A stretch of DNA of 44,221 bases from positions 9,685 through 53,905 of the forward strand of contig JAGDXL010000015.1 in NCBI GenBank assembly GCA_023256385.1, given 5' to 3'. Positions within the stretch are counted from its first letter, which is position 1. Each line of letters starts with the position of its first letter. The notes under the pieces were generated by a model that saw nothing but the letters and a program-made list of their open reading frames with translations, had not been told where the DNA came from and did not search any database. This DNA comes from Nitrososphaerales archaeon. Lineage in GTDB: Archaea; Thermoproteota; Nitrososphaeria; Conexivisphaerales; Conexivisphaeraceae. The position numbers and the translations under genes are program-made. Shown one piece after another: positions 37,130 to 44,221 of this stretch.

Positions 37130-38251
37130 ATGAGTTTGGAGAACCGTGAAGAGGTAAAATTCCTCGTGGACATGGTAAACATCTATTCTCCGTCGGGGCG
37201 CGAGGCCAGGATATCCAAGTATCTGTATGAGAAGATGGCGTCCGATTTCGCGTTCGACGATGTGAAACTGGATGACGTGGGAAACGTCATAGGAACCTAT
37301 AGGGGGAAGCGTCCCTCAGTCCTGCTCTGCGGCCACATGGACACGGTCCCGGGCAGGCTTCCTGTGAGAGTTGAGGACGGCTACCTGCTGGGTCGCGGAT
37401 CGGTCGATGCTAAGGGACCATTGGCCGCGATGATACTGGCGGCACATTCCCTGAGGGCGAGTGGGTACGAGGGCGAGATAATCGTGGCGGCAGTCGTCGA
37501 CGAGGAGGGCAGGGGCAGCGGCGCAAAACATCTAGCCAGGAGCAACCTGGGCGTCGATTACGCCCTGCTGGGGGAGCCGAGTGGCATACATCAGATAACC
37601 GTGGGATACAAGGGCCGCGTGCAACTCCGCGTGAACGTGGAGACTGAGGGGTTCCATGCTAGCTCACCCTGGCTTGGTAAGAGCGCATTCATGCATTCCT
37701 TGGACATAATAAATGAGGTGCGCGGATACGTGTCTAGGGAGGGGGGAAGCGGCCCATTTGATTCTCTGACAATGTGCGTCACCATGATCCAGGCCGGCGT
37801 GGCCACCAATGTAGCTCCTCCGAACTGCTCCTTCACGCTCGACATAAGGGTGCCGCCGAGGCTCAGGTCCTACAAGGTGGTCAACGATCTACTCGCCATA
37901 GTCAAGGGCTACGTCGATTCCACTGAGCATGGCGTGGACGTGCAGGTGGTGCCGGAGGAGATAACCGAGGCATTCCTGGTGGACAAGTCGAATCCCTTGG
38001 TCAGTGCACTCTCCGCTGCTATACGTAAGGTGACGGGCAACAGCGCGCAGCTGGTCAGGAAGACTGGAACGGGCGACATGAACATACTCGGGTTCTCACT
38101 CAGCGTGCCCGCGGCCACCTACGGCCCCGGCGATCCTAAGATGTCCCACACAAATCATGAGCGTATAGATTTAAACGAATATCTGAAAAGCATAGATGTG
38201 CTGAAGGAGGCAATAGGTCTACTATACTCCAGGCACAACGCGCAATCCTAA
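37130..38251 (+). CDS. lysK: LysW-lysine/ornithine hydrolase (M20, ArgE family)
   Basis: YSPSG.E, GHMDTVPG, GRGSVDAKG, DEEG, GEPS, KTGTGDMN and YGPGD..SHT. Confidence 0.93.
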   Translation: MSLENREEVKFLVDMVNIYSPSGREARISKYLYEKMASDFAFDDVKLDDVGNVIGTYRGKRPSVLLCGHMDTVPGRLPVRVEDGYLLGRGSVDAKGPLAAMILAAHSLRASGYEGEIIVAAVVDEEGRGSGAKHLARSNLGVDYALLGEPSGIHQITVGYKGRVQLRVNVETEGFHASSPWLGKSAFMHSLDIINEVRGYVSREGGSGPFDSLTMCVTMIQAGVATNVAPPNCSFTLDIRVPPRLRSYKVVNDLLAIVKGYVDSTEHGVDVQVVPEEITEAFLVDKSNPLVSALSAAIRKVTGNSAQLVRKTGTGDMNILGFSLSVPAATYGPGDPKMSHTNHERIDLNEYLKSIDVLKEAIGLLYSRHNAQS

Positions 38252-38252
38252 T

Positions 38253-38311
38253 GGGGTCGGTTCGTCGCGAGCACATCATTGATCAGACTGGGACGGTTAC
38301 CCTCATCCCCC
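38253..38311 (-). ncRNA. Box C/D methylation guide sRNA
   Basis: Minus strand reads GG-GGGATGA(C)-GGGTAACCGTCCCAGT-CTGA(D')-TCAA-TGATGT(C')-GCTCGCGACGAA-CCGA(D)-CCCC, with a short terminal G/C stem. Promoter AAAGGGTTAAAT lies about 23 nt upstream. Confidence 0.75.
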
Positions 38312-38351
38312 GGGCTCCAACTACGTTCCACACATTTAACCCTTTAGCGTT

Positions 38352-38699
38352 TCAGCGTCCTGAACCCTTGGCATGTCTTGTAGCTCCGTTTGGCGCTGGT
38401 ACGCCGGCGGCCGATTTCCATAGGCCGCGAAGCGTTCCGGAGGACTTGATCGGCGTCAGGTAAACTTCACCTGCGCTGGATAGCGATATTGCAAGTATCA
38501 CCGCGTCCAGTAGGCTGCCGCGCGCCATGTCGACACGGAGCACGCATCTTCCCGCGATCTTCTCCATCCTGAGCCTAATCTGGGACTCGCCGACCGCCCC
38601 GAGGAGCCACCTCAGGTTGCGCGATATTTCGGGAAGCGCTTCATTCTCGTGTCCGGCGCATCCCGCCACCTCTATGTACCGGGTTATTCCCCCGCGCAA
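38352..38699 (-). CDS. RNase P protein Pop5/Rpp14-like
   Basis: N-terminal RYI, central LLG..G and C-terminal SGTLRGL. Downstream of an Rpp30-like gene. Confidence 0.6.
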   Translation of the reverse strand: MRGGITRYIEVAGCAGHENEALPEISRNLRWLLGAVGESQIRLRMEKIAGRCVLRVDMARGSLLDAVILAISLSSAGEVYLTPIKSSGTLRGLWKSAAGVPAPNGATRHAKGSGR

Positions 38700-38721
38700 T
38701 CAGCCGACCCCCTCTCCGTCT

Positions 38722-39297
38722 TTAAAGGCGAGATTCACCGTCAATCCTCATCACCGCCGATTCGTAGAGATACGTCTCCACCCTCCGGTAGTCGCTCATC
38801 CTCCAGAAGTTCCCAGCCAGCGTGATGAGCGGGCTGTACAAGGCCCGGGGGCTCAGTAGCTCCTCCGGATGTCCGGCGCCGGATCCCATCAGGAGCGGTG
38901 CGTGGCGATCCAGCGCCAGCTGGAAGAGCGACCGGAGCAACCGGAGATCCAATGAGCCCCTCCTGCGCAGCTCCCTGATCTCGCTGAACTTCACCACGAT
39001 CGCCCTCACGACGTTGGGATGCCTGCTCATGGCATCCTTCAGCTTCCGCAGGTCCAGCCCCGTCAGACTGACCAGCAGCACCTCAGAGAGGTCGACATCC
39101 ACGCCGAACTCGGACAGCCTAAGCCCAGGGCCCATCTCCGAGTACTCGGAGAGCCTCAGCCTGCCCACCGCGCTCAACCTGGTGCTGCAGCCCGGCAATC
39201 TCCTCGCCAGTGCGAGCCTGAATCCCAAGCCCTGGAGGGACGTTACCAGATCCTCGCATCCCTCCCTGAGCTCGACATACGCATCTATTGGCATCAA
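38722..39297 (-). CDS. RNase P protein Rpp30-like (divergent)
   Basis: PLLMGSGA.HPEELLSPR matches the Rpp30 C-terminal motif. Lies between DUF54 and Pop5-like genes. Confidence 0.6.
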   Translation of the reverse strand: MMPIDAYVELREGCEDLVTSLQGLGFRLALARRLPGCSTRLSAVGRLRLSEYSEMGPGLRLSEFGVDVDLSEVLLVSLTGLDLRKLKDAMSRHPNVVRAIVVKFSEIRELRRRGSLDLRLLRSLFQLALDRHAPLLMGSGAGHPEELLSPRALYSPLITLAGNFWRMSDYRRVETYLYESAVMRIDGESRL

Positions 39298-39755
39298 CTC
39301 GCGTCTCCTTTGCCCTTTGCAGTGCCCAGGATCTCCGCCAGCCTGAAGGCCGGTTCCTCCTTCCTTACGCCGGAGGAGACCACTAGCTCCACCGGATCCT
39401 TGCGCCCGATCCTAACCTTTCCCAGCACCAGCCCCTGTTTATCGAGTCTTATGTAGATCCTCCCCCTCTCATCTATTATGTCCTCCAGTGAGCGGTTCAA
39501 CCTCTCCCTTTCCACGTCGTCCATATGCGCCACCAGCTCACGTAACACCTCGACCGCTTCCTCGTCTACCAGCGTTGCCCTGACGATGATCACCGGATTT
39601 CCATGGTGTCCGCTGGTCCTGTCCATCACCACTTCGTCGCGCCCTATTCCCAAGATCCTGTCCAAGCTGTCCAAGACCTTATCCTCATCCTCGGTCGCGT
39701 GCAGGTAGAGGCTGACGTCAACCTTGAGGCGATGTCTGGCGCCGCCCTTCAACAT
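39294..39755 (-). CDS. DUF54/COG1325 predicted RNA-binding protein
   Basis: HATEDEDKV, GHHGNPV and IYIRLDKQ. Confidence 0.9.
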   Translation of the reverse strand: MLKGGARHRLKVDVSLYLHATEDEDKVLDSLDRILGIGRDEVVMDRTSGHHGNPVIIVRATLVDEEAVEVLRELVAHMDDVERERLNRSLEDIIDERGRIYIRLDKQGLVLGKVRIGRKDPVELVVSSGVRKEEPAFRLAEILGTAKGKGDAS

Positions 39756-39890
39756 ATGCACGTCGAAGCGCCTGCTATTTTATAGTTCTTTGCCAGCAGA
39801 ACTTGCCGGCCAAGCGGTTCGTCCATCACATTCGCGATGTCTGGCGCGTTCCTGAGAGGCCACAGAGCTATAAGCACGCGGCGTCGCTAG

Positions 39891-40919
39891 ATGAGCAGCG
39901 CGGAAATGGATGGAGATGGATCAGCCATGATGGCATGTCTGGGCATAGAGAGCACTGCTCACACGTTCGGGGCATCAGTGGTCACCGGCGACGGAAAAAT
40001 ACTGTCGGACGTCAGATCCACCTACCGGCCTCCGCCGGGTTCCGGTATACACCCCCGCGAGGCCTCCAGGCATCACGCAGCCAAGGCGCCAGAGCTGGTG
40101 GCGTCAGCCCTCCGCAGCGCATCGCTGCACATGGATGATGTCGACTGCGTGGCGTACTCCGCCGGGCCCGGTCTGGGCCCGGCGCTGCGCGTGGGTGCCG
40201 TGGTCGCTAGGGCACTTGCTGCATACTACTCGAAGCCGCTGGTTCCGGTGCATCATGCAATAGGCCATCTCGAGCTGGGGAGGCTGCTCACGGGCGCTTC
40301 ACGCCCAGTGTCTCTCCTAGTTTCCGGCGGTCACACGATGATCCTACTTCCTCGTCGCTCCCGTTGGCGCGTCTTCGGGGAGACTTTAGACGTGACCGTC
40401 GGCCAGCTCCTGGATCAGCTCGGCAGGTACATGGGATTGCCAAGCCCGGCCGGCCCCGAAATCGAATCGCTCGCGGGTGGTGGATCTAGGCTGCTCGATC
40501 TTCCTTACGTGATAAGGGGGAATGATCTCTCGTTCTCTGGAATGCTGACTGCCGCAAAGCGATACATAGCCTCGGGCGCACGGAGGGAGGACGTCGCCTT
40601 CAGCGTCCAGGAAACGGCATTTGCCATGCTCTGCGAGGTGTCCGAGAGGGCGCTGGCGTTCTCCGGCAGCGGTGAGCTCATGGTGGTTGGCGGCGTCGCT
40701 GCTAACTCGAGGCTTCGGGCGATGCTAGAGTCCGTGGCCCGCCGTCAGGGTGCACGTCTCGAGCTCGTTCCGCCGCGCTACTCCGGGGACTGCGGCGCCC
40801 AGATAGCTTGGACCGGCATGCTGCATTATTCCCACGGCCTCTCAGTGGACCCCCGCGCCTCTAGGGTGATCCAGAGATGGAGGCTCGACGAGGTGACTTT
40901 GCCATGGATAGACCGATAG
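39891..40919 (+). CDS. kae1: KEOPS t6A synthase Kae1
   Basis: GIESTAHTFG, GIHPREA, GPGLGPALRVG, HAIGHLE, VSGGHT and GGVAAN. Confidence 0.96.
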   Translation: MSSAEMDGDGSAMMACLGIESTAHTFGASVVTGDGKILSDVRSTYRPPPGSGIHPREASRHHAAKAPELVASALRSASLHMDDVDCVAYSAGPGLGPALRVGAVVARALAAYYSKPLVPVHHAIGHLELGRLLTGASRPVSLLVSGGHTMILLPRRSRWRVFGETLDVTVGQLLDQLGRYMGLPSPAGPEIESLAGGGSRLLDLPYVIRGNDLSFSGMLTAAKRYIASGARREDVAFSVQETAFAMLCEVSERALAFSGSGELMVVGGVAANSRLRAMLESVARRQGARLELVPPRYSGDCGAQIAWTGMLHYSHGLSVDPRASRVIQRWRLDEVTLPWIDR

Positions 40920-41545
40920 AAATCAAGGAGCTCCGCATGATCGCCAGAGGTGCGGAGGCGGACATATTGGAGGCCGAGTGGATGGGTGTGCGCGTGATAC
41001 TCAAGAGGCGTCTGCCCAAGGAATACCTAAATCCTGCGCTGGACGCACGCGTCCGCTACCATCGCACCGTAAGGGAGGCGGAGATCCTTCACGAGGCCAA
41101 GCTCTCGGGGGTGCCGACACCTCTCGTGTACTTCGTGGATCCCGTCAATGCAGAGATAATAATGGAAATGATACAGGGATTCAGGTTGAAGGAGCTGCTC
41201 GAATCCGGGCGCCGCGTGGACCTGCTGGGGGTCGTCGGGCAGCACCTCGGCAGGCTGCACTCGGGCGGCATAGTGCACGGGGATCCCACCACGTCGAACT
41301 TCATACTCTCCGGAAAGGTCCTGTACGCGATAGATTTCGGGCTCTCCTTCAGATCTCGCGCGCCTCAGGACCTGGCATCAGATCTCCACGTCATAAAGGA
41401 GGCGCTTGAAAGCTATCACAGTGATTTGTCGGAGGAGGCGGTGCAGTTGCTCATGTCAGGCTACTCCGGCGCCTTCGATGGCAGCTCCGAGGTCATCAGG
41501 TGGTTGAGGAGGCTGGAGTCCTCCGGGAGGTACAGAGGAGCATGA
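40904..41545 (+). CDS. bud32: KEOPS kinase Bud32
   Basis: RGAEA, K.R.PK.Y....LD, RT..EA, HGDPTTSN and IDFGL. SD GAGGTGA before ATG 40904. Confidence 0.95.
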   Translation: MDRPIEIKELRMIARGAEADILEAEWMGVRVILKRRLPKEYLNPALDARVRYHRTVREAEILHEAKLSGVPTPLVYFVDPVNAEIIMEMIQGFRLKELLESGRRVDLLGVVGQHLGRLHSGGIVHGDPTTSNFILSGKVLYAIDFGLSFRSRAPQDLASDLHVIKEALESYHSDLSEEAVQLLMSGYSGAFDGSSEVIRWLRRLESSGRYRGA

Positions 41546-42153
41546 GCCAGAGCCCCAGCAGCGCGAGCGGCGTGCGGAGGACGCTCTGTCTACTGAGCAG
41601 CAATCCGCACAAACTGCGCGAGATGTCCGTGGTGGCTGGATCCATGGGCTGGACGCTTGCCCTATGCGAGGGTGCCCAAAAGCTCGAAGTGCAGTCCGAC
41701 AAGCTGGAGGAGGTGGTTTTGTTCGCCGCGCGCTCGGCCGGACTTCCGGGATCCATCGTGGAGGACAGCGGGCTATTCATCTCATCGCTCAACGGATTTC
41801 CGGGCCCCTATTCCTCATACGTCTACTCGACAATAGGCTATGTGGGGCTGTTGAGGTTGATGGAGGGCGCCGAGGATCGCAGCGCATATTTCGAGTCGGC
41901 GATCGCGTACACTGACGCGCGCGGTAACATAAGGGTGTTCACTGGGCGCGTCTACGGCGTGATAGCTGAGGAGCCGGCCGGCTCCGGCGGTTTCGGCTTC
42001 GATCCGGTCTTCATCCCGGCTGGATATTCTAGGACTTTCGCGGAGATGGAACTCGAGGAGAAGTCGTGGATCTCGCACAGGGGAACAGCCATCTCGAGGC
42101 TTCTGCGGTGGCTGGAGGCATATGATCTTGGGCGCAGCGCACAAACCTTATAA
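41542..42153 (+). CDS. rdgB: Non-canonical purine NTP pyrophosphatase (RdgB/HAM1)
   Basis: SSNPHKLRE, EDSGLFI..LNGFPGPYS, GFGFDPVF, TFAEM and ISHRG. Confidence 0.95.
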   Translation: MSQSPSSASGVRRTLCLLSSNPHKLREMSVVAGSMGWTLALCEGAQKLEVQSDKLEEVVLFAARSAGLPGSIVEDSGLFISSLNGFPGPYSSYVYSTIGYVGLLRLMEGAEDRSAYFESAIAYTDARGNIRVFTGRVYGVIAEEPAGSGGFGFDPVFIPAGYSRTFAEMELEEKSWISHRGTAISRLLRWLEAYDLGRSAQTL

Positions 42154-42178
42154 GTAGTCCCCGAGGGCTCATTCAGGG

Positions 42179-42628
42179 TTGGCCAGGACTCACTCTCACA
42201 AAAGGGGAAAGTCGCACTCCACTAGACCGCCCGCTCTCAAGTCGACATCCTGGATAACTATGTCCCAGAAGGACGTCGAGGACCTCATAGTCAAGATGGC
42301 GCACGAAGGCCTTCCCCCCAGCATAATAGGCGAGAGGCTGAGGGACGAGTATGGGATACCCAGCGTGAAGAAGCTGATAGGAAAGTCGGTGGTCGACGTG
42401 CTCAGGGAGGGCAACGTGGCGCCGCCCATCCCGGAGGACCTGAACAACCTTCTCAGGAAGGCGCGCAGGATAATGGACCATCTTAACACGTTTCACTCCG
42501 ACAGAAAGAGCAAACATGCCCTCGAGCTGGTGGAGGCGAGCATATACAGGCTGGCCAACTACTACAAGAGGAAGGGCGTCATACCCAACAATTGGCAATA
42601 TAAGGCAGTAGTTGCACAGCTCGCGTAG
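42179..42628 (+). CDS. rps15: 30S ribosomal protein S15 (uS15/S13e type)
   Basis: MARTHSHKRGKSHSTRP, LRDEYGIP, IPEDL and RLANYYK. Confidence 0.97.
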   Translation: MARTHSHKRGKSHSTRPPALKSTSWITMSQKDVEDLIVKMAHEGLPPSIIGERLRDEYGIPSVKKLIGKSVVDVLREGNVAPPIPEDLNNLLRKARRIMDHLNTFHSDRKSKHALELVEASIYRLANYYKRKGVIPNNWQYKAVVAQLA

Positions 42629-42633
42629 AGCGG

Positions 42634-43899
42634 TTGAACGTGGGAACCGGAGAGGGCCTAGATAAACTGCGTCGTGTAGCGTCCAGAGGAGGATCACTCA
42701 GGATCCTGTACAACGCCGACCTCGACAGCGTGTCTGCGGCCTCAATAGTGCTCGCCGCATCCCGCAGGCTCGGCATCCGGGCAGTGGCCCGTCCCTATAA
42801 CCTGGTGCTCGACCTGTCAAAGGTGAGGAACGAGGTCTTCGAGGAGGATCTCCTGCTCGTGATAGGGTTACTCGTGAAGGGCGAGCCGGCCGCGCTCGGC
42901 ATAAAGGATATCATGTTGGTGGAGCCCGGCGAATATGCGCAGAGAAGGGAGCAGACGGTGCCTGGCCCCGCGTCCGCGGCGCTATCCGCGCTGAACGCGT
43001 TCGGCGACGGCTCACCGCTTCAGCTGATAAGATCGGTCGTGGGATATTATGCCACCAGATGCTACCTATCAGACGCGCCCTGCGATGAGGTAACGACCAG
43101 CGTAATATCCAGGGGGGGTGACCTACTAGACGCATCGCCCGAGACCCTGATGTCCACACTGCGCATGTTCCTCCCGATAGACGAGTCGATTCACCTGACG
43201 CTCTACCCCAACCTCGCGTTCATGATCGGCGATGTGCCTTCGATCTCCGAGGGACTTAGGGATGCCGGAGTCTGCAGGGAGCGCTGCCCCACGCTCGATG
43301 AAATAGAGAGCAAGCGCGACCTCGCCTCGGCGCTCAGGTCCTACATGTCCGGCGTGCTTCCGCAGGATCTATTCGGGAGAGTTTTCTCCAGGAGGATAGG
43401 CCTTCGTCCCAGCGCCGGCGTGCTGTCCGACCTAAGCGACCTCTCCCTGCTCGAGGAGATGCTGGCCCTCAGGGATGGCCCGCAGCGGGCGCTCTCGGAC
43501 TCCCTCTCAGCGTATCCTGAGGTTGTCCGCGAGGGTATAAGATCACTGGTCGAGGCCTCCAAGTCCATCTCACGTTGGATTTCTCAGGCAAGGAAGTCCG
43601 CGTCTAAGGGCGCTAGGGCAATCGTCGTCGACGACTTAGATGTATCCAGCGCTACGCCTGCCGAGGTGTTCCTCAAGTCGGCCACGTTTCCGATTGTCGA
43701 GGGAGACCAACTGTTGATAGTCAGGATAAAGTCGGGGATAGGCGGCAGCTACCTAGTCAGTGGCAGGCGCAGGGCGCCCGTCGACGGGCTACTTGCCGAG
43801 GCTGATGGGATGGGCGCGCATCACATATGGTGCGGCGCGTTGGCGCGGTTGTGGGTGCCCTCCGAGGAGGACAGGCGCTTCTTATCATTAATATCCTGA
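42634..43899 (+). CDS. Degenerate DHH/RecJ-like (Cdc45-related) protein
   Basis: N-terminal ILYNADLDSVSAASI resembles DHH motif I, but no DHH triad is visible. Conserved archaeal position right after rps15. Confidence 0.55.
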   Translation: MNVGTGEGLDKLRRVASRGGSLRILYNADLDSVSAASIVLAASRRLGIRAVARPYNLVLDLSKVRNEVFEEDLLLVIGLLVKGEPAALGIKDIMLVEPGEYAQRREQTVPGPASAALSALNAFGDGSPLQLIRSVVGYYATRCYLSDAPCDEVTTSVISRGGDLLDASPETLMSTLRMFLPIDESIHLTLYPNLAFMIGDVPSISEGLRDAGVCRERCPTLDEIESKRDLASALRSYMSGVLPQDLFGRVFSRRIGLRPSAGVLSDLSDLSLLEEMLALRDGPQRALSDSLSAYPEVVREGIRSLVEASKSISRWISQARKSASKGARAIVVDDLDVSSATPAEVFLKSATFPIVEGDQLLIVRIKSGIGGSYLVSGRRRAPVDGLLAEADGMGAHHIWCGALARLWVPSEEDRRFLSLIS

Positions 43900-44091
43900 T
43901 AATGTTATGGTGCCCGCGGCAGCCCCCGAAGCACCTTGCTGCCCGCGCTCGGGAGTCGGAAGGAGGAACGGAAGGAGGTGATGTGATTAGACCAGTCTAG
44001 CTTAAATACCGTCCACATGGGTGCCGTTCAGAGAGGAGATACGCGGACTTCCCCCCAAGGTTTTATAAAGGGATGTGAGCATGTGACGTCG

Positions 44092-44221
44092 ATGCCCACC
44101 GTGGGGCTGAAGTTCCGCGCATACGCAGATAACACGACGGCGCGGGCGTTGAAGGCCCGGCTGGATGCGGCGTGCGCGCTCTACAACGCCCTGCGGTCGG
44201 CGGATTCAGAGGTGTACAAGG
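44092..44221 (+). mobile_element. tnpB: TnpB (IS200/IS605 family) N-terminus; runs off the window edge
   Basis: Not in the ORF track. MPTVGLKFRAYADNTTARALKARLDAACALYNALRSADSEVYK closely resembles crenarchaeal TnpB N-termini (MPxxGxxFRAY...RALKAxL..ACxxYNxLR). TATA TTTTATAAAG at 44061-44070. Confidence 0.78.

Noticed and set aside
115-43568. Many long alternative-frame and antisense ORFs (e.g. 115-1365, 2303-3214, 27827-28642, 34352-35194, 36285-37088)
   Set aside because: They are shadows of real genes in GC-rich DNA, with Arg/Pro/His-rich composition and no motifs.
43900-44000. GC hairpin and CGGAAGGAGG tandem as SRP RNA or H/ACA RNA
   Set aside because: It does not match the SRP helix 8 consensus and is too short. 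It could be a terminator or IS left-end structure, but I cannot support either.

Overview
A GC-rich archaeal core-genome window. The fused RpoA and the argG-argH-lysW-argX-lysY-lysZ-lysJ-lysM-HCS-lysX-lysK gene order point to Nitrososphaerota (Thaumarchaeota), probably a deep-branching thermophile such as a Conexivisphaera-like organism; this is inferred, not looked up. From left to right: a nucleobase module (amidohydrolase cut by the edge, NCS1 permease, divergent HTH regulator), an SDR, an XPF-like gene relic and a phosphoribosyltransferase. Next come the rpoH-B-A-L30e-nusA-S12-S7 cluster and EF-1alpha, GNAT and malic enzyme, tRNA-Lys(CTT), EF-1beta with a Zn-ribbon gene, a GGR-family reductase, pth2, truD and dph5. 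These are followed by a Cdc48-like ATPase with only one AAA domain, a small wHTH gene, fen, pcm, DUF371, an ACT regulator and the LysW-dependent Arg/Lys operon. The right end holds RNase P proteins, kae1, bud32, rdgB, rps15, a degenerate DHH/RecJ gene and the start of a TnpB. The most interesting signals missing from the ORF track are: (1) a ~160-bp non-coding element present twice, each copy ending in a promoter, plus a shared AAAGAACTATAA promoter motif; (2) a Cdc48 whose single AAA domain looks like a D1/D2 chimera; (3) a box C/D guide RNA predicted to target 23S G2251; (4) gene-conversion-like tracts between argX and lysX that stop at specificity codons; (5) candidate operators for two divergent regulators. 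No CRISPR array, rRNA gene or intein was seen. All protein-family calls are by motif recognition only.
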